Of a stretch of DNA of 64,000 nucleotides, positions 38,270 through 52,180 are shown piece by piece (position 1 is the first letter of the stretch; each line of letters starts with the position of its first letter). The stretch is from Raja brachyura. Lineage: Eukaryota. The translations under genes were made by a program, and so were the position numbers. The notes under the pieces were generated by a model that saw only the letters and a list, made by a program, of their open reading frames with translations, had not been told where the DNA came from and searched no databases. The DNA is taken from positions 20,584,001-20,648,000 of the forward strand of contig OY740798.1 of NCBI GenBank assembly GCA_963514005.1, written 5' to 3'.

Positions 38270-41200
38270 ACCCAGTTTTATTCCACAACTAAACAAGTTT
38301 AACAGGCGTCTATAAGAATAGGCAGTCACTTCAGCACTGGAGCAGGTTAAACATAATCCCCGTATCTAAGGGTAGGTTTGCAAACGCGACCCGCAGCGTA
38401 CGGTACAAACTCGCATCTCCATCCTTCAAGGGCGAGAACTGTGAGACCGGGGGCTGTTGGAGCATCGGAGATCCGAAAGATGGGTGAGGTGAGACTGGAG
38501 ACCGGGACACTAACCGTGGTGATGAAAAGGCAGGATACATGCCGTGCGCAGACTCCGCAAATGGACGTCTGGCCGGGGAGGAGAGGAAATCGGTCGTACG
38601 GTGACACAGTCCAGAAATATCCGGATACAGGATCGTGGGTTGCGGTTCCTTCACTGGTAGAAAGTGTTGATGGTTTCGCCGGTAAGTCCCTCCATTTGAA
38701 TCGACCATGTATGAACGTGGTTCTGGTGCAGCGCTGCGGATTAAACCAAGGCATCCATGACCCTTGCCGGTTTGAAGTCGTACAACTTGACCACTTGCCA
38801 GTGGCTCGAGTGGCCTACTTGTTTTGTCATCCGAGTGTTTCTGGAGTTCGTGCGAACCTGTGGTTGTAGTAGTTGTTTGGATACGGGCAGCTTGGTACGG
38901 GTCTGCCTTGACATGAGGCGTTGGGCAGGAGACCCTAGCACTGGGTCGCAGGCAATGTTTCTTAAGTTGAGCAAGTCCAGATAAACGTCAGATTTTTGCT
39001 AAATGAGATATTTCCATAACCTGTTTGGCATTCCGGACTGCCCACTTGTCCAGCCCGTTCGATTGAGGGAATTCGGGAGTGCTGGAAATGTGACGAAAGT
39101 ACCATCGTTGGGCAAAATCCTTGAAGCACTGGCTGGTGAACTGGCTTCCATTGTCAGACAGGAGTTTTGCGGGCGCCCCGTGACTTGAAAAGTCTTGCGC
39201 TAGTTTTTTAACTACCACTGGGAAGCAGATCGATCTAAAACCAGCCCAAGTACGAGTCGACCAGAACCAGGTACTGTTTACTACGCCATTCAAAAATGTC
39301 TGTTGCCAGCGTGGACCATGGTAGAGCAGGGACTGGGTGAGGGAGAAGCGGCTGCTTGGGTTGATGGGGCACCAGGCTATTGCAGATTGCGCAGACTTCC
39401 ACCTTCTCTCGTATAAATCCGGTCATTCCGGGCTAGAAAAACATGCTCTTGGCTCGAAGGATGGTTGCCTCGATGCTGGGATGTCCCCTGTGGAAAGAAG
39501 CAAAATATTTGTCTTGTAACGCAGTTGGAATGACCGCCTTGTGCCCCTTAACAATCACACCGTTCTGGAGCACAAGCTCATCACGGACCGGAAAGTACAG
39601 GCAAACTACAGCAGATACCTTGTGCTGTTTATTTGGCCAGCCATGCCGGATGATCAAGGACAGGGACTGTGGGGTGTCATCGGCTGCTGTCTGGGCAGCC
39701 AAAGCGTCGAGGCACTCTGTGGGAAGGTATGACACAGTCATCACAATGTAGGTGTCGTTGTCTGACGGTTGTTGCTCGCTGGTCTTGCGTGGGGCTCTGG
39801 ATAGAGTGTCGGCTAGGTGCATGTTTTTGCCTGGTTTGTAAACTAGTTTGATATCGTACCTTTAAAGCTGCATCATCATCCGCTGCAGCCTGGCAGGAGC
39901 AGCATGGATTGGCTTGTTCAAAATGCTGATCAGGGGCTGGTGGTCTGTTTCAACAGTCACAGTCTTTCCAAAAATAAAGTCTTTAAATTCTCCCACAGGC
40001 GAAAACCACTGCCAGTGGTTCCTTTCCGATTTGAGCATAGCGTTGCTCAGTTTCAGACATTGTGCGAGAGGCATATGCCACGGATCTGTTGTCACCTTCA
40101 CTGGTGCTCTGAAGACAGGCAGCACCCAATACGTACTGGGAGGCATCACAGGTTAACGTTACAGGCAGTTTTACATCAAAGTAAACCAGAGTTGGGGCAC
40201 AGGACAACTGCTGTTTTAGGGTATCGAAAGCTCCCTGGTGTTGTGTGTACCAGGACCAGGTTGCGTCCTTATGTGTTAGCTGTCGCAGTGGTGCTGACAG
40301 CTCGCTGAAGTTCGGAATGAACTTATCCAGGTAATTCACCATGCCTAGGAATCTTTGAAGGCTAGTTACGTCTGTGGGAACCGGCAGTTCGTTGATGGCA
40401 ATGGTCTTGGAAGGATCTGGTTTGTATCCATCACCAGTGAAAACGTGTCCCACTTCCCTGACACGAAATCTGCATTTTGGGGGGTTGAGCTTGAGGTTGA
40501 TGATCCAGTACTTTCTTTAAATTGGCATTGTGTCCTGACACGTCGTGGCAAGCAACGAGAATGTCATCAACAATAATGGCACAGGGGTGTCCTGCGAACA
40601 GCTGTTCCATCGGGCGCTGGCAGAGTTGATGCCAAAGGGCATTCGCAGAAACCTGTAGCGGCCAAAAGGTGTGCCAAAAGTGGTTAGTTTAGATGATTTG
40701 TGGTCTAATGGGAATTGCCAGAATGAACCTTTGGCATCAAAAACAGAAAACACAGTTGTGTTGCCCAAGTGTGCTGCTACCTCTTCTACTGTGCGCATTG
40801 GGTAGTGCGGGCGCTTGATCACAGTAGTCAGATCTCTGGGGTTGATACAGATTCATATTTCGTCTTTGTTTTTCTTGGTGGCCACTGCCATGGTTGAGAC
40901 CCGATCCAACGGGTCATTGACTGCAGCGATGATGCCTAGGGATTCCATTCTTTGAAGTTCGTTTTGTGGCATGCGGAATTCAGAGAGGGGGGTCACACAA
41001 CAGGCATTATGTCTGGGTCTGTTACAATAGAGTACTTGAGGGGTAGTTTGCCAGGTTTGTTATCGAAGAGTTCTTTGTACTGAGAGAGAATCTGTTCGGT
41101 GGTATCTTGGGCAGGGGAAAGTTGGTGTACTTCTTCTGCAAGGCTTACCAATCCCAGATCCTGACAGGCATCAATACCGAGTAGGGTTGTTACATTTTCT

Positions 41201-41800
41201 GGGACAATGAAAAGGTTCAGCTTGTGCATACGTGTCGCTAGGTGGCACTGCAGGTCAGCCCTGCCAACGGGGTGAACCTCTCCCCCTCCGAAGGGAATTA
41301 ACGAGCCTTTTGTGTTTACAACAGTTTATGCGTTTCTGACCCTGGAAAACTCGGCCAGAGACATAACATTACAGCGAGCCCCAGTGTCGATCTTTGCCAC
41401 AGCAGTAGTCTTATTGATTCAAAATGTGACTTCAGCGTCTCGTAGTTTACATGAAATCGCGGATAGAGAATGTATGTTTAGGCTGGAAATATCAGGTTCC
41501 GACAAATTCCCACAAGGACACAGCACAGCTTGAGCTGGATCGGTCAAGCCGTGGGAACCATCTTGTTGGAGCAGATTTACCTGCTGTTTGGGTTCTGTAC
41601 GATTTCTGCGGGCACGACAGCACCGAATAAAGTGGTTTCTTCATTTACAGGAGTGGCAAACTTTCTGTAGGCTGAGCATTGCTCACAGCGGAGTGAGAAC
41701 CACCACAGTTACTACATTGAATAAGAACCTCGCTGGGCTGTCTCTCTTCTGGTGGCAGGCGTGGGGCACAGTAGAACGGGTTGGCAACACGGTACAATGA
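38270..41800 (-). mobile_element. Ty3/Gypsy LTR retrotransposon internal region, degenerate
   Basis: Protease KIDTGARCN, RT (FDAKGSFWQ, RFLRMPFGI), RFLGMVNY, RNase H (CDASQY, ETDHQPL), integrase (GHP...C..C, SDNGSQF, PQSNG) and C-terminal GRVCKP. LTRs not identified. Confidence 0.9.
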
Positions 41801-42964
41801 CTGCGGACTTGAGGGGTGTTCTCCTCATTGTTGGCACCCATTACAGTCGGGGCAAAGTGGAACCGCTCAGCTCGTTGAATAGCTTCAGATCTAGTGATGT
41901 TGAGAAGTACAGCAGCTATCTAGTCTGGAGGCGCTCCGCGATAGGCAGCTCGAATGAAGACATTGAAATCCCTTTCAAAAATCTGCCAATGCTTACTGAG
42001 GTCGGCACTGAAAACTAGGGGGTCAAGCTTCTTAAACGATTGAGCCATAATAAAGTGGGAAGGGGAAAAAAAATACTGAGGAATGAAAATGAAAAAACGA
42101 TAAAACTAGGAGCAGAATGGGTCCGAAAACTCTTACATCATGTAGAGCTATTAACAAATACTCCAAGTAGCAATCCAACAAGATTATTAGCATATAATAA
42201 TCATTAGTTATATAAGGTGACTGTATGGTAAATCCCAGACTGGATTATATATCCAAATGGTGTGTGTTAGTATTCGGTAGAGCAGATCTACAAAAGAGTC
42301 ATGGAGTCACACAGCAGGGAAACAGGCCCTTCAGCCCAACTTGCCCATGTTGACCAACTTGCTCCATCTACAGTACACTTTGCCTGCCTTTGACCCATTT
42401 ATCTCAACTATCTGTATTCTGTCAGTTGCCAATGCCCTATCCATGCCAATTTGTTATCCCTAACCGTGCGCACTCCTTATGCTGTGCAGAAACATATTAG
42501 TAGCACTTTATTGATACATTTTGAGAATCTAAACATATTACATCCACTGGTTCTCCTTTGCACACAATTCTTATTGTCAAACAACTCCAGTGAATTTGTC
42601 AAACACAATTTCGTTTACATGAAATTATGAAGGCTCATTGATAGTCGTATGATTTTCTACATGTCTACTTTTCTACCGCCTTGATAATGGATTCCCAACA
42701 CTTTCTCAATGACAGATGATAGTAAACTACAAACTAACTGGCTTTCCTGCTATCTGCTCCCCTTCTTCCCTGAATAGTGACATCACATTTGCAATTTCCC
42801 AATCCTCTGGCATCTCTCCAGAATGCAAGGTATTTTGTTTTATTACAACCAATACTTAATCTTTCTCTGCAACCACTTTCTTTAGGTCTCCAGTATACAA
42901 ACCAGCACACCCCCTTTAGCCCCATTAGCTTGCCTTTTCTCTCTAGTTGCAGAGATTGTTTAAA

Positions 42965-43935
42965 TTCAGTCCGTCTACGCCGCATCTGCTCCCAGGATGA
43001 GGTGTTCCACACCAGGGCATCGGAAATGTCCTCATTCTTGAGGGAACAGGGGTTCCCCTCCCCTACTATAGATGAGGCTCGCACCAGGGTCTCTTCCATA
43101 CCCCGTAACACAGTTCTCTCTCCCCATCCCCCCACTCGTAACAAGGGCAGAGTCCCCGTAGTCCTCACCTTTCACCCCACTAGCCGTCGCATACAACAAA
43201 TAGTCCTCTGTCAGTTTCGCCACCTCCAACGTGACCCCACCACTCGCCACATCTTCCCATCTCCCCCCCTGTCTGCTCTCCGCAAAGACTGCTCCCTTCG
43301 TAACTCCCTTGTCAATTCCTCCCTTCCCTCCCGCACCACCCCCTCCCCGGGCACTTTCCCTTGCAATCGCAAGAGATGCTACACTTGTCGTTTTACCTCC
43401 CCCGTCGACTCTATTCAAGGACCCAAGCAGACATTCCAGGTGCGACAGAGATTCACCTGCATCTCCTCCAACCTCATCTATTGCATCCGCTGCTCTAGAT
43501 GTCAGCTGATCTACATGGGTGAGACCAAGTGTCGGCTTGCCGATCGTTTCGCCGAACACCTCCGCTCGGTCCACATTAATCAACCTGACCTCCCGGTGGC
43601 TCAGCACTTCAACTCCCCCTCCCATTCTGTATCCGACCTTTCCGTCCTGGGCCTCCTCCATGGCCAGAGTGAGCGCCATCGGAAATTGGAGGACCAGCAC
43701 CTCATATTCCGCTTGGGCAGTCTGCACCCTAGTGGCATAAACATTGAATTCTCCCAATTCCGTTAGCCCTTGCTGTCTCCTCCCTTTCCTAGCTCTCCCT
43801 CAGCCTTCGGGCTCGTCCTCCTCCTTTTTCCTTTCTTCTCCCCAGTACCCCCCCACCCCCCCCCACCCTCCATCAGTCTGAAAAAGGGTGTCGGGCCGAA
43901 ACGTTGCTTATTTCCTTCGCTACATAGATGCTGCT
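42965..43935 (+). mobile_element. Penelope-like element 3' part with an open GIY-YIG endonuclease frame (stop at 43766)
   Basis: RLRRICS, PVVLTFHP, C..RC.TC, SSNLIYCIRCSRCQLIYMGETK.RL..RF.EH, VAQHFN and E..LIFRLGSLHPSGIN motifs. Confidence 0.85.
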
Positions 43936-45194
43936 ACAAAAAACGCCGCTACCTAACTGAGGCCTCGATAACACTGTGACTACTCTCGAGCATGAAGCAG
44001 AGTTACAAAGACCTCCTAGGACCTCATGTCGACAATGCTGCAAGTATGAGTCGAGGGTAACCTCTTCTAAACTCACGACTTAGGTCCCCACAGTGGGGCA
44101 GGCCCTTAATCTGGAGAGAAAGAATAGGTGACATTTCGGGTCGAGACCCTTCTGCAGACTCAAGCCCACTGATTATCTATAGTTATTGGGATTATGTTCT
44201 ATCATGAAGACTAATCCAAAATAATCATTCAGAACCTCTGCAAATTCTCCATTTTCCTTTATTAATTCCCATTCTCATCTTCTAAGGGACAAAAATTTAT
44301 CAAAATCCCACAAAACGATGGCACAAATCTTGCTGAGAGAATGTTTATTGAAAATATTTTTATTGCCAAGTTTTGTAATTTTTGTTTCCTATAAGAAATA
44401 AAATCTAATACATTTCTAGTGTTCTAACTGGAAAAATTCAAAGCAAATTATGAATCTAAATATAGCTGATGTTTCCAAAATTAATTGATTTTTAACATGG
44501 AAACCGAGATGCTACATCATAAGTCATCTTAAAACACAACAGTTAAAATCTGCAATAGGAACACGTATCCAACTTCTGCAAATGCGTTCTCTGGGGAATC
44601 GTGAATGAACCAGTACAAACTGTTTACACAAGGCAATCTCCATGATTTATGCAAAACTTGGTGGTTTTGAAGCAGGAAATCTTCTTATCTATTGTTCTGA
44701 CTTCTACCATTGATAAGTTGATGTACATACAAACTGCTGCAGTAATTTTAAAGCTTGTCTGAAAAAGTTGTAGGTTGTACTTTCGATTAATTAAACAATT
44801 TATTTGTTGATGTAATAACTGACATCCGGAATTGAAAATGATCCCCTGGAGAACATATGTGTTATCAAGTAAGTGATCAAGTTATTTCTTTGCACTGTGA
44901 CTATATTATACAAATAATTGTGTGGGAATGCAAACTGAGCTAAATCAGAATGTTTGGTAATCTTTCATTGCACTGTTTGTTTTTTCACAAGAGCAATCTT
45001 CCTCGAAAGAAATAAAGAACTGCAATTACATTTTGCTTTTCATCCTCTACAATGTCCTAAAATGTGACTGTTAGTGCAGATTTCACATACAGCAATTGAG
45101 ATGCAGTAACCTGCTTCTGTTTTGCAAGGTGGAAAAATATTGGCAAGGAAACTGTAAGAATTCATCACTCCTCTGCAGAAAGTGCCACTAAATT

Positions 45195-46300
45195 AATTAA
45201 TAAAGGCAAAGTCAAATGTGGGTCCCTTGAAGGCAGACACGGGTGAAATTATTATGGGCAACAAGAAAATGGCAGAAGAGTTGAATAGGTACTTCGGACC
45301 TGTCTTCACTAAGGAAGACACAAACAATCTCCCAGATGTACTGGAGGACAGAGGATCTAAGGGGGTAGAGGAACTGAAATAAAATTTCATTAGGCGAGAA
45401 ATAGTATTGGGTAGGCTAATGGGACTAAAGGATGATAAATCCCCTGGGCCTGATGGTCTTCATCCCAGGGTCCTCGGGGAGGTGGCTCTAGAAATAGTGG
45501 GAGCATTGGCGATCATTTTCCAATGTTCAATAGATTCAGGATCAGTTCCTGTGGATTGGAGGATAGCTAATATTAACCCACTTTTCAAGAAAGGAGCGAG
45601 AGAGAAAACGGGGAATTACAGACCAGTTAGCCTGACTTCGGTGGTGGGAAAGATTCTGGAGTCAATTATTAAATAGGTAATAATGGGGCATTTGGATAGC
45701 AGTAAAAGGATTTGTCCAAGTCATCTGGAGTATTGTGTACAGTTTTGGTCTCCTAATTTGAGGAAGGACACCCTTGTGATTGAGGCAGTACAGCGTAGGT
45801 TCACGAGATTGATCCCTGGGATGGTGGGACTGTCATATGGGGAAAGATTGAAAAGACTAGGCTTGTACTCACTGGAGTTTAGAAGGGTGAGGGGGGATCT
45901 TATAGAAATATATAAAATTATAAAAGGACTGGACAAGCTAGATGCAGGAAAAATGTTCCCAATGTTGAGCCAGTCCAGAACCAGGGCGGCACAGTCTTAG
46001 AATAAAGGGGAGGTCATTTAAGACTGAGGTGAGAAAAAAAGTTTTCACCCAGAGAGTTGTGAATTTATGGAATTTCCTGCCATTGAGGGCAGTAGAGGCC
46101 AAGTCATTGGATGGATTTAAGAGAAAGTTAGATAGAGCTCTAGGGGCTAGTGGAGTCAAGGGATATGGGGAGAAGGCAGGCACGGGTTATTGATAGGGGA
46201 CGATCAGCCATGATCACAATGAATGGCGGTCCTGGCTCGAAGGGCCGAATGGCCTCCTCCTCAACCTATTTTCTATGTTTCTATGTTTCTTTGTTTCTAT
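45195..46300 (+). mobile_element. CR1 LINE, internally deleted
   Basis: DKSPGPDGLHPRVL, GNYRPVSLTSVVGK, HLEYCVQFWSP and GLYSLEFRR motifs, with a (CTATGTTT)n tail. Confidence 0.9.
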
Positions 46301-46475
46301 GATAACCTTCAGGTCCATGGAGTCAGTCATATGGCTAACAAGTTGTCCTACAATTTTAGGCCGTGCACGCCATACGCAAGAAGAATAAGTCATATGGCTC
46401 ACTGAGTTCACATCAAGCATTCAAGTGCCCATTTAATTTAATCCCAAACTAACAGACCAGTAATGGGACTCTGCC

Positions 46476-47015
46476 TTGGATTTGATCCATTCTTCCTCCA
46501 CATGTGCCCGTCATGGCCTAATCCAATGCAAAGTCCTTCACAAAGTCCACTACACAAATACAAGATTATCTAGAATATACCCCGCTGTCAAGGACACCTG
46601 CAACAGATGTAATCAATCCCCTGCCAACCATAGCCATATGTTTTGGTCTTGCCCTAAGGTGGCAGCCTTTTGGAGGAGTGCTTTCGATGTGATAAGCAGA
46701 GCCTATGGCCAGACTATTCCTCCAAACCCACTGTCAGCTATTTTTGGTACTCCTCCCAACACCAACCTCTCTGTTGCGTTGAAGCGGGTCCTGGCTTTTA
46801 CAACCTTGTTAACCCGGAGACTGATCTTGCTTAACTGGAGGCTTACCTGTCCCCCGACACACGCCCGCTGGATCAAGGAGGTGCTCTACAATTTAAAGCT
46901 TGAAAAACTTAGGTTTTCTCTCAAAGGCTCTACCAAGACATTCCTAGATACATCGAACCCTTTCCTGGAACTTGTTAACTCTCTCAACTTGTTTCCGGAC
47001 TCGGAAGAGGACTGA
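46476..47015 (+). mobile_element. L1-clade ORF2 C-terminal (zinc-knuckle) fragment
   Basis: CNRC...HMFWSCPK...FW and RRLILLNW motifs. Confidence 0.8.
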
Positions 47016-47531
47016 GTGCCTTCTATCACTGCTCTGTCTTATTGCAGCTGCTCTCTCCTCACCCCCCCCCCCCCCCCCCCACACCCACAATCATTACAAT
47101 TTAGAAAATATCAGTATATTTTTCTGCTCATCAAGGCCTCGTAGTAATTTATACACCCCACATGCTTTGCTGTGTTTGTACCACTCCTACTCGCAGGATA
47201 ACAATCTCATTTGCCAGATTCCATGAATAGCAACGGGTAAACATTTTTAATTGTGATGAGCAAAGGACAAATGATCTCAGGACAACTTGTTCGCCATCAG
47301 ATAGTGACATGAAATCTTTAAGGTCAACCTGAAAGGGCTTAAAAACTTTGGTTAAATGTCTCCCCAAGAAGCACCCTCACATATGGACCTTCCAACTCAA
47401 AAGCAACTAGTGAACCAATATTAACATTACTTTTGTATGATACTCGTAAAAATACTGCAACTGCACTTTGCACCAAATGCAGTTGATCATCATCAACTTA
47501 TCTTGCCTCCTTTACAAATCTGTATCCATAA

Positions 47532-47911
47532 AGGGCCTGTCCCACTTTCCCGAGTTAATCACAAATTCTCCTGAGTTATTCACAAATTCTCCCGAGTTTT
47601 CAAACTCGCAGAATGTCTGTAACGAGTCCGTAGGAGGCTGTAGGAGTCCGTGGATATATCTTAGCGGCTCGTTATGCCAGCCGTAGGTACTCGGGGCTAT
47701 TTTTTTACTCGTGGACATTAATTCTTCAGGCTGGAAAAAGCATCCCGACTTACCTGATGCCCCGAGTACCTACGGCTGGCATAACGAGCTGCTACAATAT
47801 ATCCACGGACTCCTACAGCCTCCTACGGACTCTGCAAGTTTGAAAACTCGGGAGAGTTTGTGAATAACTCAAGAGAATTTGTGAATAACTCAGGAAAGTG
47901 GGACGGGTCCT
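47532..47911. mobile_element. Palindromic PIF/Harbinger MITE
   Basis: TIR AGGGCCTGTCCCACTTT / AAAGTGGGACGGGTCCT with TAA target duplication (47529-47531, 47912-47914). Nearly the whole element is an inverted repeat. Confidence 0.85.
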
Positions 47912-48339
47912 TAAAGCTCACTTACACTTAAGGTTTTCAAAATTATACTACAGGCCCACCACCGATTTTCCAGCAACTAGCCGTCCGCACACACCCCCCT
48001 CCCCCCCCTCCCCACCCTCTAATCCGGACAAATTGCCCCCCTGAAAATGTGGCGCCTAGGACGGGTGAGGCGGCTGATCTCAACCACATTGGGACTTCTG
48101 CGACATCGAGGGGTCAAATCTGCCCCCTGGGACTGGGGCTCTGGAACGCCAGCCCGGCCAGAATCGGCAGATCTGTTCTCATGACAAACTCTTCCAAACC
48201 CAGCTTTGCGGCCCGGTATCTGCTGCCCCGTCCCTCCATCCCTCACATGACCTCTGTTGGTCTGGCAACACGGATAATCCAGAAAGGCTCTGGAACCAAG
48301 GGTAAATACTTCATCATCTTGTCAATGTCATCGTAAAGT

Positions 48340-49440
48340 GTTCACTTTCTTCAAAATATTTGTGCTGCCAAGTTTTATACCTCCTGCTAACGCCAAAATT
48401 AATCAATTTAAAACCATAATGCAAAATATAATATACAAAATTGACTATTAAGCAAGACTATTGCAAATAATCTCCCATGCTGAAAACATCCATCCAACTT
48501 CCAACTTTGTTTCCCATAACTGAGCTAATTCTGAATCCACAAAATCTTTTTTTATTATTTATTCCATAATAACCCAGCTCTGTGGTACTGCAACAACCAA
48601 TGATTCAAATAATCAATTTAATAAAATCTCTGGCAAAGTGCTCAGTGAGAGATGAATTACAGGAAGCATAGAGCTTTTCTTCATTCTGTGGTTTGAACTG
48701 ATGAATCCATGGGCATCTGTCAACTTCATTTCTTGGAAGAACACTTGTACAGTGACAACCACAAAAACATTTGATGTTTGGCGACAAACAATATGCAGAA
48801 TGTGAGGTGATCAAAGAAAGTCAGTGTGTGATCTTTCCAGTCATATCATTACAGAATAGTAAACATTCAATTCTACAACCTAATTTTGAAAATTATTAAT
48901 TCATCAAATATTGTGCAGTACAAACCAGATTTAGAACGTTGTGTTTCTTCCATTTTTTTGTAGGCGCATTTGAGATCATTCACAGTAGCAAGATCAGTAT
49001 GATCAATACTGGAGGAGTATATAGTTCTGAAGATACCTTAAGCAAACACAGACTGGATTAGGAACTCTATTTTATGAGGACAGTATACCAGCCACCAAAC
49101 CGTACCAATATTGCTTAGGCAAGAAACAAGGCATGTTCATTTTCAGATGAACTGGAGAAGCAATACTTGAATCGTTGCAGTACATCTTAAAGAAAAAAGG
49201 TAAGCAATTTAACGTATCTTTACTTTTGTCTCTTTTTTTAAATCTTTGAATCTTAAGTAGAAAACTTTTAGACAACTGTCCGTGGCAGCCCACTGCCCTA
49301 CTTTCTCTTTCGGCAATTCATTGTTCCACATTCTTCTAAATGTTTTGATCAACTTCTCTGTAAACCATAAAATCCAGTGTCACAGATGCTTCTCATGCTA
49401 AAAAAATGCCTGTTCCAGCAACCTTTTCCATGAAACAACT
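48340..49440 (+). mobile_element. Possible ancient hAT transposase remnant
   Basis: Frameshifted pieces IQIINLIKSLAKCSVRDELQEA*SFSSF / TDESMG / LGKKQG / VAAHC resemble hAT core motifs in the expected order. Heavily decayed. Confidence 0.3.
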
Positions 49441-49505
49441 CCCTCCAACTTTATGTGTAAGAAGGAACTACAGATACCGGTTTAAACCGAAGATAGACAC
49501 AAAAA

Positions 49506-50930
49506 GAGTCAAGAGTGCTTTATTGTCATATGTCCCAGATAGAACAATGAAATTCTTACTTGCTGCAGCACAACAGAATAAGTAAACATTGTACACTGTA
49601 AACAATATGATAAACAAGAGAAGAAAAAATTTCAGTGTGCATATTCACAAGTACACACGCACATATATATATATTGATACAAATACATCTATGTATACAC
49701 ACATACACACATACTCAAAAAAACAAACAATGGTAGTGCAATAATAATAATAATAGTCTATTGTAGTTCAGAGCTTATTTGAGGTTGTAGTGTAATAGCT
49801 TGATGCCTGTAGGTAAGAAGCTGTTCTTCCACCTGGATGTTACAGTTTTCAAGTTTATGTACCTTCTTCCCGATGGCAGGGGTGAAATGAGTGTGTGGCC
49901 AGGATGGTGTGGGTCGCCGATGATGCTGGCTGCCTTTTTGAAGCAGCAACTCCGATAAATGCTTGGATGGTGGGAGGTCAGATCCGGTGATGGACTGGGC
50001 AGTGTTAACAACTTTTTGCAGTCCTTTCCGCTCTTGGGCGTTCAAATTGCTAAACCAGGCAATGATGCAACTAATCAATATGCTCTTTACTGTACACCTG
50101 TAGAAGTTCAAGAGAATCCTCCCTGACATAACAAATCTCCGTAATCTTCTCAGGAAGTAGAGGCATTGATGAGCTTTATTAATAATTGCATCAGTGTGCT
50201 GGGTCCAGGAAAGATCTTCGGAAATATGCACGCGCAGGAATTTGAAGTTTTTGACTCCCTCCACTATTGATATGAACAGGATTGTGGGGCCGTTTAGAAT
50301 GGAGATGAGGAAACACTTTTACACACAGAGAGTTGTGAGTCTGTGGAATTCTCTGCCTCAGAGGACGGTGGAGGCCGGTTCTCTGGATACTTTCAAGAGA
50401 GAGCTAGATAGGGCTCTCAGAGATAGCAGAGTCAGGAGATATGGGGAGAAGGCAGGAACTGGGTACTGATTGTGGATAATCAGCCATGATCACATTTAAT
50501 GGCGGTGCTGGCTTGAAGGGCCGAATGGCCTACTCCTGCACCTATTGTCTATTGTCAATTGTTTATTATCATCCTTCCTCTTCCAAAGTCCACAATCAGT
50601 TCATTGGTTTTACTGATATTGAGATCCAAGTGTTATGCTGGCACCATTTGGTCAATCGGTCGATCTCACTTCTATACTCTGATAACAATGGTGGTCATCG
50701 GTGAACTTGAAGATGGAGATCGCACTGTGTCCGGCTATACAGTCATGGGTATAGAGTGAGTAGAGCAGGGAGCTGAGCACGCAGCCTTGAGGTGCTCCCG
50801 TACTGATTGTTAATGAGGAAGACGTATTTCTGCCAATTCAAACAGACTGTGGTCTGTGGATGAGGAAGTCAAGGATCCAATTGCAGAGCGATGCGCAGAA
50901 ACCCAGTTCCGTGAGTTTGATAACCAGCTT
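49506..50930 (-). mobile_element. Rex1/Babar-like LINE 3' part, with a CR1 3' end (about 50290-50560, +) nested inside
   Basis: FKFL.VHISEDLSW...KAHQCLYFLRRLR...LQKVVNTAQSITG. The nested piece has FYTQRVVSLWNSLP and a (CTATTGT)n tail. Confidence 0.85.
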
Positions 50931-51295
50931 TTTTTTAATCAAAAATATTTATTCAAATATTAAAATAATATATACAGTAGAGTAAAATCAAAACAGAACC
51001 CACCACCATAATACATGACAAACGATAAACGATTATACAACTATCTTACACTCCTTGTCAAAGATGCACTCATCCCCCACGGTGCCCAGCGGTCCCGGAA
51101 ATCCCCCAGGGCACCCGTGGACAGCGCGTAGTCCCTCTCTATCACCACCCAGGCACGGACGTAACCCCGGAAAAGGGGCAGGCAGCCGGCTCGGGCAGAG
51201 CCCTCATCCGCCTGGTGCCGTGACTCGCTGATGGCCAGCTTGGCCATGCCCAGGAGCAACCCAACCAGAACATCCTCGGTCCTACCCTCTCGCCC
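50930..51295 (-). mobile_element. Tx1/L1-like LINE 3' end
   Basis: LLGMAKLAI...CLPLFRGYVRA.V..E....F..RWAP, followed by AATAAA and an A-rich tail on -. Confidence 0.7.
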
Positions 51296-51296
51296 A

Positions 51297-52180
51297 GGGA
51301 GTTCTGGAAGGAACGGTCTCTGCGGAACGCGGAAATGGGTGGAGATGGGAAGATGTGGCTGTGGTGGGATCCTGTTGGAGGTGGCGAAAATTTCAGAGGA
51401 TTGATTATGTGTTGTATGCGACAGCTGATGGGGTGGAACCTGGTTAACCTATCCCTTCCCACCCAAACCACTCCCTCCCCAGGTACCTTCCCCTGCAACA
51501 GTAGAAGATGCAACACCTGTCACTATACCTCCTCCCTCGACTCTGTCCAGGGACCCCTACAGTCTTTTCAAATTCGGCAGAGGTTCACTTGCACCTCCTC
51601 CAACCTCATCTACAGTAACTGTTATTCAAGATGTGGACTCTTATACATTAGCGAGACCAAACACAGACTGGACGATCATTTTGCGGAATACCTTCACTCA
51701 GCCTGCCTGAACCAATCTGAGCTCCCAGTTGCTGAACACTTTAATTCTCCTTCCTATGCCTACACTGACCTTTCTGTCCTCGGTCTCCTCCGTTGTCAGA
51801 GTAGGGTTAAACGCAAATTGGAGGAACAGAATCTCATATTCTGCTTTGGCAGCTTGCAGCCCAGTGGTATGAATATTGATTTCTCTCACTTCAGGTAGCC
51901 CCGGCAATCCCTCTCTTTCTTTCCCTCCCCCACCCAAGTCACATTAGCTTCTAATTTTCTCCCTACAAACAGCTTACAACCTGTTTCCGTTATCATCTTT
52001 AATTTTTTGCATATATTTCATTTGTTGTTCTTTATCTCTCCACATTACCGTCTATATCTCTCGTTTCCCTTATCCCTAACCAGTCTGAAAAAGGGACTCG
52101 ACACGAAACGTCACCCATTCCTTCTCTCCAGAGATGCTGCCTGTCCCGTGGAGTTACTCCAGCTTTTTGTGTCTATCTTC
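51297..52180 (+). mobile_element. Penelope-like GIY-YIG fragment with an inverted 5' segment
   Basis: SSNLIY..C..C.LLYI.ETK.RL motif on +. 51297-51437 encodes the preceding part of the same ORF on -. Confidence 0.8.

Noticed and set aside
43032-43757. 241-aa minus-strand ORF
   Set aside because: Antisense shadow of the Penelope GIY-YIG frame.
48605-48814. Minus-strand ORF with a faint THAP-like C/P/W/HF pattern
   Set aside because: The C-x2-H spacing is wrong, and the opposite strand fits decayed hAT motifs better.
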